From NCBI GenBank assembly GCA_002104945.1, contig MCFH01000023.1, positions 310,001-374,000 on the forward strand: DNA of 64,000 bases, in the 5' to 3' direction. The position numbers and the translations under genes are program-made. Positions within the stretch are counted from its first letter, which is position 1, and every line of letters begins with the position of its first letter. This stretch comes from Piromyces finnis finn (lineage: Eukaryota; Fungi; Neocallimastigomycota). Under the pieces are notes generated by a model that made no database searches, was not told where the DNA came from, and saw only the letters and a program-made list of their open reading frames with translations. This document shows positions 1 to 12,214 of the stretch, piece after piece.

Positions 1-259
1 ATTTATGGAGAATATTACCGATTGGGACTGAATCGTATGCTTTCCTGAGATCTAAAAAGGCCAAATATGTCTCTTTATTATCTAATTGACGTCTACGGCA
101 TATTTCTTGGATTGAAATGAAAAGACTGATACTTTCTTCCTTTTTTCGAAAACCAAATTGTTCAGGTCTAATGAAATTATTCTTTAGACCATATTCTGAG
201 ATTCTAGTGGTGACAATTTTGGAAATCAACTTAATACCATTATTGATAAGTGATATACC

Positions 260-2686
260 TCAATAGTTATCACAATCTGTCAAATCTCCCTTCTTAGGAA
301 TAGAAACAATACTGGATTCATTCCATGAGTTGGGGAAGTCTCCATCCCAAATACGGTTGAATAATTTAAGAATAAAATTTAAACCATAAGCATCATTATC
401 TGAAGTGGTATTACCGGAAGAATTATTATTTGTAGCATTATTAGAATCATTACTTGATGGAATTAATGTTTTGTAAAATTCAATTGGAATACCATCCGGA
501 CCTGATGCTTTATAATTTGGAGTAGTGAGGATAGCTGACTTGACTTCATCAATACTAATATCTTGGTTGATATCCCACTCATCAAGCATAGGAAGTGAAA
601 AACGTTTATTCGTTGGTTCTTCATACCAATGCTCCAAATCAAGACTTACACCACTTGGATCTGATGCAAGCTTTTCGAAATGATCATGCCACACATCTAG
701 TTGTTCTTCCGTAGCAACAACTAATTCTCCATTTTTATTTTTAATTGGTTGAGCAATAAAGAAAGGATCTTTTCCAATTTTTGCAGTTTTCTTGATCCAT
801 TTCCAGGCCTTCTTAGGATTATGACTCTTCATATACTCACATCCTGTTTTAATCCAATGAAGATATTCTTGCTTCCTAAATTCATTACATCTTTTGTGGA
901 TGTAATCAATGAGCTTACGGTAGATTTTAATTCTTTTAATAAATTCATCTATATCATAAATTCTTTCTTTTTTAAATCTTTTATACAACTTCATTTTGAT
1001 TTTTTGAAGATTAAAAATTTGTTGTGAAATATGAAATGAAGACTTTATAACATTATTTGCTGAGGTAATACTGAGCTCGTCTGCAATTGAAAAAGCAGTT
1101 GAAGTAAACTCTTTGGAAAGTTCATCTGTAGAAACATTAGGATCGTTGAATTTTGCTGAAAGTATTTGGAATTTATTATGACTAAGAATAGATTCCTTTT
1201 CCTCAATATATTTTAATCTATTCCATTTCAGAATTTTCTTAGGAACATTAAAGTCAATAGAAAAATCATCCATAGGAATAATTTTACCATTAATAAGAAG
1301 TGGCTTATGGTCTGATACAGGATAAAAATTATTTATAAATGATCCTGAGTGAATAAGATCTTTCATCTTCGAATTGATAAGAGCATGGTCAATGTCGGAA
1401 GATTGATCACCTCGAGTCCAAGAGATAGTAGACCCTCTAAGCGGAAGAATTTCCCAATCTCCTAATCCATTAGTTGATAACCAGTTGGATAATTTTACTT
1501 TAGACATATTAAAATCACCAACAAGAATCGATGGATGGGATGAATGAGTTTGTAACCACAAGCGAACTTCTAACTTTGCATGATCAACATAGATGTTGTG
1601 ATGACTATGAGGCATATAAACATTTCCAATCGAGCATTTGAATCTATTCCAGAGACTAAAAGTATAAATAGAAATAATATACTTTCCAGAGAAGTTTTCA
1701 AGTGAGGCTTGACACGAATTGTGAAAACCTAAATATAAACCTCTCATTCCAGGAACTGATTCGTCAGCTTTCTTGAAAAAGTGTCTATAGTTTCGCAAAG
1801 TAACACGACAAGGATAATCTGTATTCGATCCAGAACCATTACCAGTTTCTTGGAAACATAAGAATAATGGTTTGAAAATAGCTGTGAAATAGCTAATACT
1901 ATCTCTCTTTTCGTGATTCCACCCATTGGTGTTCCAACTAAGACAAAAAGAAAAGTTATCAGGCTTGTTGGATGAGGAAGAATCGTTGCTATTATTATTA
2001 TTATCAAGGTCATCATTATTAATGGATGATGCATCAGAGGAATAAGTAGAACTATTACTAGATGGCTGTGAAACTGAAGAACTATCAACTATTGAACTGT
2101 TATCAGAGTTGATAGAACTATTAGAATTAATTGTTGAATGTTGAGATTGAAATTGTGTTTGCTGTAGATCTGGAATATTTTCATGATGGGAAACTTGTTG
2201 AAGATCCTGTTGAAGATCTTGTTGAAGATCGGATTGTTGATGAGATTGTTGAACTGATTGTTGAACTGATTGTTGAACTGATTGTTGAAATGATTGTTGA
2301 ATAGAATGTTGATGTTTATTAGAAACTAAAATTTTACGTTTGAGTGTGGAAAAAGTGTATTTGTGATTCCTTCTACTACGAGCTGAAAAGGAAATTGAGG
2401 TAACTGAAAGTTTCTTCTTTAACATGTGTAAGATTTTAATACAATCTTTTGATGAACCATGAACCTTGACTAAGAAAAAGTGATCATTGAAAGTTTGAAA
2501 ATATTTAACACTAATAACTGAATTAAATTTATCTTCTAGAATAACCTCGAGTTTTTCCCATAACATATTTACTGACCATGATCGAATACCACGGATAAAG
2601 AAGGAGCGAATATCATCTAAGGGGATACCATAAGACCGGGTACCACGTCTGATATAATTCTTATCTTTAATATAAAGGACTGACAT
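260..2686 (-). CDS. LINE ORF, N-terminal 808 aa (putative RRM-like region, Q/S/N linker, APE endonuclease, start of RT), ended by an in-frame TGA; the RT frame continues 259->1
   Basis: ORF track 808 aa. After TGA (260-262) the same frame reads GISLINNGIKLISKIVTTRISEYGLKNNFIRPEQFGFR...LDLRKAYDSV. Confidence 0.9.
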   Translation of the reverse strand: MSVLYIKDKNYIRRGTRSYGIPLDDIRSFFIRGIRSWSVNMLWEKLEVILEDKFNSVISVKYFQTFNDHFFLVKVHGSSKDCIKILHMLKKKLSVTSISFSARSRRNHKYTFSTLKRKILVSNKHQHSIQQSFQQSVQQSVQQSVQQSHQQSDLQQDLQQDLQQVSHHENIPDLQQTQFQSQHSTINSNSSINSDNSSIVDSSSVSQPSSNSSTYSSDASSINNDDLDNNNNSNDSSSSNKPDNFSFCLSWNTNGWNHEKRDSISYFTAIFKPLFLCFQETGNGSGSNTDYPCRVTLRNYRHFFKKADESVPGMRGLYLGFHNSCQASLENFSGKYIISIYTFSLWNRFKCSIGNVYMPHSHHNIYVDHAKLEVRLWLQTHSSHPSILVGDFNMSKVKLSNWLSTNGLGDWEILPLRGSTISWTRGDQSSDIDHALINSKMKDLIHSGSFINNFYPVSDHKPLLINGKIIPMDDFSIDFNVPKKILKWNRLKYIEEKESILSHNKFQILSAKFNDPNVSTDELSKEFTSTAFSIADELSITSANNVIKSSFHISQQIFNLQKIKMKLYKRFKKERIYDIDEFIKRIKIYRKLIDYIHKRCNEFRKQEYLHWIKTGCEYMKSHNPKKAWKWIKKTAKIGKDPFFIAQPIKNKNGELVVATEEQLDVWHDHFEKLASDPSGVSLDLEHWYEEPTNKRFSLPMLDEWDINQDISIDEVKSAILTTPNYKASGPDGIPIEFYKTLIPSSNDSNNATNNNSSGNTTSDNDAYGLNFILKLFNRIWDGDFPNSWNESSIVSIPKKGDLTDCDNY

Positions 2687-3329
2687 GATAATAAATTCTA
2701 ATTAAAAAATATTGAATATAAAATAAATACTAATAAAAATTACAAATATAACGTATATGGAAAAAAATCTGTCTCTCTCTCTCTTCTTAAAAGTACTGGA
2801 TAGTACAAAAATTGTTACGATGCTTTGTTTAAAGTTTCTTTTTTTTGAATTCTAGTTGTAAATTTTCTTTAAAAATTCTAGTTTTGGTTTGTTGTTAGTA
2901 AATTCGATTCGCTTTTTGACACTAAAATTGTTTGACTTTACTTTTCATTAAATATTTAAATTGGTAAAAAATTTGAATCAAGAATGTTGACACCAGAAAG
3001 CTTGTGAATAGTATTTTTACATGATGTAGAGTGAATCAGTCTCTTACAAGAAACAATACAACAATAGCTACATGAATATAAAAATACAATGCAAATGCTA
3101 AAGTTGACTACATTGGATTCTTACAAGAGAAGAGTAGTACTACATGAATACATGAATAAAAGAAAAAATACAGCAACAAAATGTATTACTCTTCTAATTA
3201 AATACTATACAAACTTACCTGAAAAATCAAACATTCACTTATTCATCAAATACTTAAATTTGATGAATAAAATGTTTTTTAATCGCTCAGTACCATGAGC
3301 TTAGTCCTAATAATTTTCCCTTGAAGACT

Positions 3330-3577
3330 AACCAAGCATCCATTGCGCAATGCTTGGATTTAATTCTTTCTACTCTCTCAGTACCATGAGCATGAGTAGA
3401 CCCCCTTGAGAAATTACATTTATTAAATAAATGAAGGCACATTCCTAAGAGGGCACCAAGCATCCATTGCGCAATACTTGGATTTAATTCTTTCTACTCT
3501 CTCAGTACCATGAGCATGAGTAGACCCCCTTGAGAAACTACATTTATTAAATAAATGAAGGCACGTTCCCAAGAGGG
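3330..3577 (-). repeat. Tandem duplication (about 124 bp unit) of the extreme 5' end of LINE copy 1
   Basis: 3454-3577 and 3330-3453 both read (sense) CCCTCTT(G/A)GGAA(C/T)GTGCCTTCATTTATTTAATAAATGTA(G/A)TTTCTCAAGGGGGTCTACTCATGCTCATGGTACTGAGAGAGTAG...TTGCGCAATGGATGCTTGG. Copy 2 has one unit. Confidence 0.92.
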
Positions 3578-3579
3578 TT

Positions 3580-3830
3580 AACAATTACAAAGTTCTTTCC
3601 ATTCCTTTGAATTATTATTATATCATTGTTGTTAAAACATCTTCCTCCAATAAGGAAGGAGTTTAATATATATATATATTGCATAATAGAATAACTATTA
3701 TTAATTAAACTATAAATACTATTATTTCTCACATAATTATTATTATTATAAATATTATTATTATTATTAATATTATTATTATAAATATTATTATTATTAA
3801 TATTATTATTATTATTATTAGTGTTATTAT
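3580..3830 (-). mobile_element. Old diverged relic of the same LINE family (Asn tract plus C-terminal domain fragment) abutting the 5' end of copy 1
   Basis: 3587-3668 (caaagttctttccattcctttgaatt...ttgttaaaacatcttcctccaa) resembles 33120-33190 of copy 3. It translates to FLIGGRCFNN...KEWKELC, against FLLGGRSFNN...REWKELC. An (ATT)n-rich tract follows where the Asn tract is expected. Confidence 0.65.
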
Positions 3831-4225
3831 AAAATAAATTATATCATTAAACAATCATAAAAAAAGGAACATATAATGAATTAATAATATAAAATTATTA
3901 ATAACCTACTTATCAATGAATATGTTAATGCTACATTTACTATTATAATATCTTTAACCAAAAATATATTGCTAATTATTTAAATTTTTACTTATTTTAT
4001 TAAAATTTACTTTAATTAAAACAAAAAAAAAACAATTTTTTATATATTAAAGATTTTAAATATGTCATATAAATAGAATAAGGATAATTTACAAATTAAA
4101 AAACAATTACATAAATGTATATAATTATAGTTATTTTTTTTAATATATTTATTATTAATACTTTATAAAATTGTTTTTAACCATTAAAATATGTGGCTTT
4201 AAGATAGATAATGGAATTATTAAAT

Positions 4226-5590
4226 CTAATATTCGTGGAAGAATGATGGGAGAGCATCATAAATGTAGTGTTTGACATATCCCCACCAGTGAGTCTTACC
4301 ATTGGCAACAAGGTAATAGAAGTTACCCTTTGAGAAATCTGAAGTGTAAACAAATTGTGGCATCTTCTTCATTTCATCAATTTGTGGGTTCATGTTTGGA
4401 TAGGCAATATCTTCTGAACCAGTGGCACAGAAAATAAAGTATTGATTCTTACTTAAACCTGACTTGTCAATAGCATCAGCAACTGACTTGGCCTTACCAT
4501 AACCACCATTAGCTTCCCAATTATCACCACTAAGTGGCATGTAGTAAGCAACAATATCTAATGAGTTAACAAGAACTGCCCAAGTAGAAGCAGAACCCAT
4601 AGAGAAACCACCAAATGCTCTGTGCATTCTAGAAGCCTTAATATCAGCTGGAGAAGTAGACTTAGCATAAGTAGAGTATTTACCTTCAACAAATGGAATA
4701 ACACTTTCACGGAATTCTTTGTAGAAAGTACGGGCCTCACATTTATTGAAAGTTGGAGTAACAACAATAAGTGGTTCAAGTTCACCCTTCATAATCATAT
4801 GATCAAGAATGTTGTTAAGTTTAACATCATTACTGAAAATAGTATTTTCATTTTCACCACCACCATGCATAAGGTAGAAAATGTTGTATTGCTTGTTTTT
4901 ATCATAACCATATGGTAAGTAAACATTTAAAGTGTTACCACCATTGACACCATTGTAAGATTCCTTAACAATTTTACCAGCTTGTTGGCATGGATTTTGA
5001 TAATCATATGGAGCTTCCTTAAATTGAATTGCAGAGTTATATTTATAATTTGATTTTGCTGGTTCTTTTATATATATAAAGAAAATAAGTATTTTTATAT
5101 ATTATTTATTATTAATATGAACTTAATAAAGACTTACGTTGATTATCGTTATTGTTGTTACTATTGTTGTTACCAAAGCATGAGTCCTTAATACCACACC
5201 AATGGTTGTTTTCAACACCCCATTTACCTTCAGCAGTTTCTTCAACAACATTACAACCATCACAACATAAGTATTCTGGGAAGGAGAAACACTTATTTAA
5301 GGCACTAGTATTACTACATTTAGATGGGATAACTAAATTATATTTTGAAATGTATTTTTTAATTCATTAGATTTTTATATTTATATATAAATGCTTTAAA
5401 TTCTAATAATAATTTTAATAATTATTCTTTGAATTTTTTGTTGAATTGAATACATACTACACCAATCATTATTTTCAACACCCCATTTAATACCATCTTC
5501 TTCTAATACAACACCACATGCATTACAATTGTCATAGGCACTAACTGTACTAATGCCAGCTAATAATAATAATGAAGCAATATATTTCAT
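4226..5590 (-). CDS. faeA: Secreted CE1 feruloyl esterase with two N-terminal CBM10-type fungal dockerin modules; exons 5590-5458, 5332-5138, 5064-4226
   Basis: Signal peptide MKYIASLLLLAGISTVSA and two WGVENNxWC modules. GT-AG introns keep the frame. The catalytic exon has GGFSMG (Ser), GSEDIA (Asp) and THWWG (His), and by recall closely resembles the feruloyl esterase domain of Clostridium thermocellum XynY/Xyn10B and Orpinomyces FaeA. Confidence 0.9.
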
Positions 5591-7157
5591 TTTTTTAAAT
5601 TTAATACTTAAATAATAAAAATTATTAACCAAAAATAATAATTAATATTATTAATTGAATATTGAACCTGAAAATTTGATAATATAGAGTGGAAATTTTT
5701 ATTTATTTATTTTTTTTTTTTAGTTTTATTTCATTCGTTCATGTAAATGAACCTTATTTTAATACTTTTGTAAAGATTAGCATTTTTAATTTAACTATAA
5801 AACTATCCATTAAAAATAAATAAGAACAAGGTTTTTTTAGATATAAATAAAAAAAAAATTAAATTAAACTTTAAATAATATAATAAAATTTTTATAAATA
5901 GTATAAATTAAAATATATAAAAAGCATAGTCATATAAAATCTTCATACATGTAGTAATTAATTCTAAATATTAATTTCAAGCCAACATTATTATTCTCAA
6001 AACAAATTCAGTTTAAAAATTCTAAAAATAATGTTATTTTGATATTTCGTATATTTTCAGTTTACTAAGATTATTATTAAATCATAATAAGATACAATTA
6101 TCAAACAACTCAATATTTAAATAATTTTCGAAATAACATTATCAAAGTTACTCTTTTAATTAAATTAAATGTTATATTTTGCAATATTATTTTTTTTTTT
6201 TTTAAGATTTATTTATGAAAAAAAAAATATTTATTAAAATTTAATAATAAATAAAATTTTTAATTGCTAGATAATTATCTTGCATAAATCTTTCCATCTA
6301 TATATATTAATTTTATTACCATTAAATTTTAAATCATATTATTCTTTTAAATCAATAAATTATAATTATTATTAGAAAGAGGATAAAAAATGAAACATTA
6401 AAAATGATCTGCAATAATACATTACATTTTTAATTAATTATTTGATTTAATTTATTTTTAATTTCATTTAATATTAAATAAGGTAAAATGATAAGGAAAA
6501 ATAAAATTACATAAAAAAAACATTCCGCATCATTATTATCCTTAAATTATTGGTTTATTTTTTGAACACAATAATAAAAATACTATTATATATAAATGCA
6601 TGATTTCATAAAAAGTGTAGGTTTTATCATGAATATTAAAATATGAAATCATTAAATAATTGAATTATATTGGGTGGGTATTTTTATAGTGTGGAATTTT
6701 TCTTGACGGAAAATTATTTTCTTTAAACTACGATATTTTAATTGAAAAATAATTTAATTTATTAAAAATAATAAGTTTTTTATTAGTAAAATAAATTTTA
6801 TTAAGAAATAACAATTCAATAATATTAAGAAAAAACTTTTTATAATTTAATATATTTGAATAATTATTTTTAATATATACATTAAAAAATGATATTCTAT
6901 ATATAAAAAAAACTTTTAAATTTTATTTAAATACTATTTATTTGTTTTTAATAAAGACTGTATTGACATAATAATTAATAATTTATAAAGATATAATTTA
7001 TAAATTATAAAAATAAAAAAAAATATCTATTATACATTTAACATATATTTTCTTGATATATTTATTTTACAAATAAAAAAAGGTACTAGAATTAATAATA
7101 GTATAAGCATTTAAAAGATATTTAATGTAAATTAATGAAATTATTGATATTATTACA

Positions 7158-8395
7158 TTATTGGTGGAAGAAGGTTGGAAGAGCATCATAAATGTAGTGT
7201 TTGACATATCCCCACCAGTGAGTCTTACCATTGGCAACAAGGTAATAGAAATTACCTTGAGAAAAGTCAGAAGAATATACAAATTGTGGCATCTTCTTCA
7301 TTTCATCAATTTGTGGGTTCATGTTTGGATAGGCAATATCTTCTGAACCAGTGGCACAGAAAATAAAGTATTGATTCTTACTTAAACCTGACTTGTCAAT
7401 AGCATCAGCAACTGACTTGGCCTTACCATAACCACCATTAGCTTCCCAATTATCACCACTAAGTGGCATGTAGTAAGCAACAATATCTAATGAGTTAACA
7501 AGAACTGCCCAAGTAGAAGCAGAACCCATAGAGAAACCACCAAATGCTCTGTGCATTCTAGAAGCCTTAATATCAGCTGGAGAAGTAGACTTAGCATAAG
7601 TAGAGTATTTACCTTCAACAAATGGAATAACACTTTCACGGAATTCTTTGTAGAAAGTACGGGCCTCACATTTATTGAAAGTTGGAGTAACAACAATAAG
7701 TGGTTCAAGTTCACCCTTCATAATCATATGATCAAGAATGTTGTTAAGTTTAACATCATTACTGAAAATAGTATTTTCATTTTCACCACCACCATGCATA
7801 AGGTAGAAAATATTGTATTGTTTGTTACTATCATAACCATATGGTAAGTAAACATTTAAAGTATTACCACCATTAATACCATTGTAGGATTCCTTAACAA
7901 TTTTACCAGCTTGTTGGCATGGATTTTGATAATCATATGGAGCTTCTTTAAATTGAAGAGCTGTGTTAAAACCAAAGGATTGATTAGAAGGTTTAATTTA
8001 AATAAAATAAAAAATGGTTGATATAATATGCACACTTGAAATTTAAAGTTTATTTTATATATATTAAAGATACTTACGGTTATTGTTACCATTATTACCA
8101 AAATTATTGAAATAGCCTTGATCAGGATAGGCATTATTTCCCATGCATCTATATGGAATTGCTAAATTGTATAATAAAAATATAATATATATTATATATA
8201 TTAATATAAAATATTTATATTTGCATAATAATATATATAACAGGTTTATCTCTACATACTACACCATTGGTTATTTTCAACACCCCATTTAACACCATTT
8301 TCTTCCATAACAACATTACATCCATAGCATTCTTGGTAGGCATGAACAAAATTTACACCAGCCAAAATTAATGAAAATAAAAGTAAAAACTTCAT
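7158..8395 (-). CDS. faeA: Paralogous secreted CE1 feruloyl esterase with one dockerin module; exons 8395-8260, 8161-8078, 7960-7158
   Basis: Signal peptide MKFLLLFSLILAGVNFVHA and one WGVENNQWC module. Introns gtatgt..tag and gtaagt..ctaat..cag keep the frame. The catalytic exon is nearly identical to 4226-4870. Confidence 0.88.
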
Positions 8396-9195
8396 TTTAT
8401 ATTATTAAAATATGTATATATTCCTTTTAATATTGTTTTTATTATTATTTGTTAAGAATATAAAAATAATAAATATTGAATTTAAAATTAAAATGAGAAA
8501 GTAAGAAGAGTTCCTCTATATTTATATACTTTCCACTTTAATATAAAGAGAAGTTAAAATATCAAAAAATGGTTAAATTAATATAAAATTAAATTAATAA
8601 TATAATTAATTTTCAATATACTAATATAAATATTAAAATAAAGTAATTTCATTTGTAAAAAAAAAAAAAAAAAACCCAAACTTTAAAAAATAACATACAT
8701 TTAAATTTAATGTTTTTTTTCATCATTAAAAAAAAAAAATATAATAATTAAAATTTTATATTTTTATCATTTTTTTACCATTGAAATTGGTTGGATTTAA
8801 ATGCCGTTTTAATTGATTAACTAATTTATACTTTAATAAATAATAAATTTGAAATTAAAACAGAATTTTAGTAGTCAACAAAATTATATAAAATATAAAT
8901 AAAGACGAATTGGAAAGATAAAAATATGAGATAAAATTTATAAAATCATAAAATATTATATCTTTCATAATATAATTCGTTACTATAATCTTCCAGTAAA
9001 AAAACATATAAAATATATTTATGCTTTTTTAACTAAAGTAAATAAATAGATAAATGTATGAATACTTATTTAAATTTTTATTATAATACTCTATTAAATT
9101 TATTAGTTTCACAAAAAAAACTATATTGGCTTATATAATAAATTTATAATTTTAAATTATTAATTATAATAAAAAAATAAAATTATAATGGTCAG

Positions 9196-9196
<1 letters not shown>

Positions 9197-9226
<30 letters not shown>

Positions 9227-9253
9227 GTAGTAGTAGTAGTAGTAGTAGTAATA
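9197..9253. repeat. Compound microsatellite (AAT)n(AGT)n
   Basis: ataataataat...aatagtagtagtagtagtagtagtaat read directly. Confidence 0.9.
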
Positions 9254-12066
9254 ATTAGAATATGTGAAAAGTATGACAAAATTATTGAAATGTATTGAAA
9301 TGTATTTGTATATATTATATTAGATTAGATATTTAAGCCACAATGTAAATGTATAAATACATGTGGTTTGAATTGAATGTAACAATAGTATCTTTATATT
9401 AATACAATTAAATTTATAAAATGATGTATCATATTAATTACTTAATAATAAGTAAACTTTTACATTTTATTCTTTGTTAATTAAAAGATTTAATAGATAT
9501 TTAATAAATCAACAAAAAGTATTAAAATTCATTCTTCTATAATATGAAAATAGCTATATGTTTTAAAATACTGAAATATTTAATTTTTATAAAAGAAAAG
9601 TAATAGTTATAAGTATTTAATTATAAATTTTTTTTTTAAATATGATGGATATAACACCCATTCATTTATTATTATATATAAATATAAAAGATGAGAAAGA
9701 TAATATGATTTCTACTTCAGATGAATAAGTAGATAATTAACATGACTATTTTAAAAAAAAATAGATAAATATCAATGATTATATCTAATTATTAGAATTT
9801 ATTAGAATTAGATTAAGATAACTATACAAAAAAATTTTATTGTTAATAATGGAATATCTTTTGATATGAATTATTCATATTTATTGTTAAATGATATTTA
9901 TAATGAGCTTTTCTTATTAAATGACTCAAGAATAAATATAATTAGTAAAATAAAGTTCGATAAATTATAATATACCACTTAATTATAATATAATTAAAGT
10001 ATTAACAAAAATAAATATAATTTACATAGCAAAAATATTTTGATATATTATTATTAGTTTTAATAATAAAAAAAAAAAAAGATTTTTTTTAAATTCATGA
10101 AATATAGCTATATGTCGAAGATTCTTGAAAATTTGAAAATTTAAATGTTATCTCTCTGTTTTATACTTTTATTGTAAAAAAAGAAAGAAAGAAAAAAACA
10201 TTCTAATAGCGTATTTATAATTACTAATAAATTAATATCAAAATAAATGTATTATTAAAATAAATTTTTTTTTAAAAAGTATTTAATTTTTTCTATTTTA
10301 TATAATTTACCTTTTATTTATTAAATAAAAAATATAAAATATAAAAAGTTTACTTTTATTATTTTATTGATTTAGAATACTCATACCTTTAAATAAATTA
10401 TAAAATTATTTTTTTTTATTTGTTTAAACGTCCAATAGTATTATACCTGTTTTTTATGTATAATAGAATATTACTATATTTCTAAATAATATTTATCTTT
10501 TTTTTTTTAAAATTCTTTTTTTAATAATCTATTAAAATAATTATATGAAATTAATATGATTATTTAATTAATTTTTTGTCGAATGCGTTATAAATATTAT
10601 AATTTTTGTATTTGAAAAATATTAGTAAATAAATAAGAATAGTTTTAATATTATTACTGATGATAGTTATTTTATCATTTTAATTACTGAATTCAATAAA
10701 AAGGTTTATATTTAGATAAATTATTACATGACTTTTTATATATTTTACAATGATAATAATGATATTAATACTATTAGATATTGATATAATTATAAAAGGA
10801 AAAAAAAAATTTTTATATATTCCATTTCTATTTATAAGTAATTAATAATTATATTTATACTTTAAAATTAGTATTGTTATATATAAATAAATATATTAAT
10901 TACAAGTCAATTATAATAATGCCATTATATATTTAAAAAAAAAAAAAAGAGAGAGAGAGAGAAATGGTTGTTTTAAAATATGAAAGAGAAAATCACATTG
11001 ATTAAATTTCTATTAATTATACTTTTTTCAAAGAGATTAATTACATATATTTAAATACTATTAATTAAATATAAGTAATAATTAAAAGAATTTATAAGCA
11101 AGGAATAATATTAAATGAGAAATGGTCCATCATTTAATATACTTAATTATAAAAGTATTAAATAATTATAAAAACTTTTATTAAGGAAGCAAAAAAAACT
11201 CCTTTTTTTAAATTATTAAAATATTGTACAATTTAAACTTTATTTGGTGAATATATAAATTTGTGTAACCTATGTTCATTTTTATTATTAAATAAACTTT
11301 AAGGTGTTTTTTAATAATAAAAAAACGGTTTTATATTATAAAGTAGATATAGAATAAAAAGTTATAAAGTAAAAGTGTCTTTTTTTTTTCTACAATAATA
11401 TACTATTAATATACTAGAATTTAGTAATGATAATAATGATTTAACGATAATTAATAATAATTATTATAAATGATTTTTGTTTTTTTTTCTAATAAATATA
11501 TAATAGACATAAATGTTTATATTAAATTTAATTTATATATATATGTTAAGTAAAGGATTCTTCATAAATCTTATGTATATATCTATTTATCTATTTATAA
11601 TAAAAAAAATTATTTAAATTGTGATAATATTATTTCTCATTATTATACACTTATATTCATTATAAATGATAATAATAAGTTTATTATTAACTTTTATTCA
11701 ATTCTAAAAAGGTTTATTATATGAACATAGAAATTTAAGAATTAGTACATTTATAAGAGTTTTTTAATTAATTAAAATGAATAAGGAAAAATGAAACAAA
11801 GAAATTTTTTTTAAAAAATTGATGATCTTATTAAATTTATTTATTATCCATATATTAATAATACTATTATAAATATATTATAAATTAATATTTCATTATT
11901 TTATTGTACAAAAAAAAATTATCATTTTGTATTATACTTTATATATTAATTAAAACCCTATTTTTTTATTAACACAATTGAAACAAAGAACTTCTAAAGA
12001 AAAATTAATTTTATTATAAAAAGAATAACATTTTCCCAAATAATTATGATATTAAAAAATAAAAAA

Positions 12067-12098
<32 letters not shown>

Positions 12099-12214
12099 GA
12101 TTATAAAAAAAAAAAAACAATAAATTTTATAAATTAATATATATAAATAGTATAAATAAATATATATTTATATATACAATAAAAATAACATTATATAATA
12201 AATAATTCAACAAA

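Larger units (their letters stand above)
1..3577 (-). mobile_element. LINE (APE+RT non-LTR retrotransposon), copy 1; 5' end intact, 3' part beyond the window edge
   Basis: Reverse complement matches 14576-18028 almost base for base (position 1 corresponds to about 18028). It encodes APE motifs (SWNTNG, FQET, GDFN, SDIDH, SDHKP) and the start of RT (GPDGIP, QFGFR, LDLRKAYDSV). The 5' end begins CCCTCTT at 3577. Confidence 0.95.

Noticed and set aside
749-2088. Short ORFs 749-1027 (+) and 1744-2088 (-), and their twins 17002-17280 and 15941-16285
   Set aside because: Antisense or alternate-frame shadows of the LINE ORF; they are duplicated only because the element is.
4558-4918. 75-aa and 98-aa ORFs overlapping the esterases (also 7487-7847, 7067-7346)
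   Set aside because: Shadow frames of the CE1 exon; used only as evidence of nucleotide identity.
9640-9980. Slightly coding-looking stretch (e.g. NNGISFDMNYSYLLLNDIY)
   Set aside because: Multiple stops in all frames and no recognisable motif; a pseudogene call cannot be supported.
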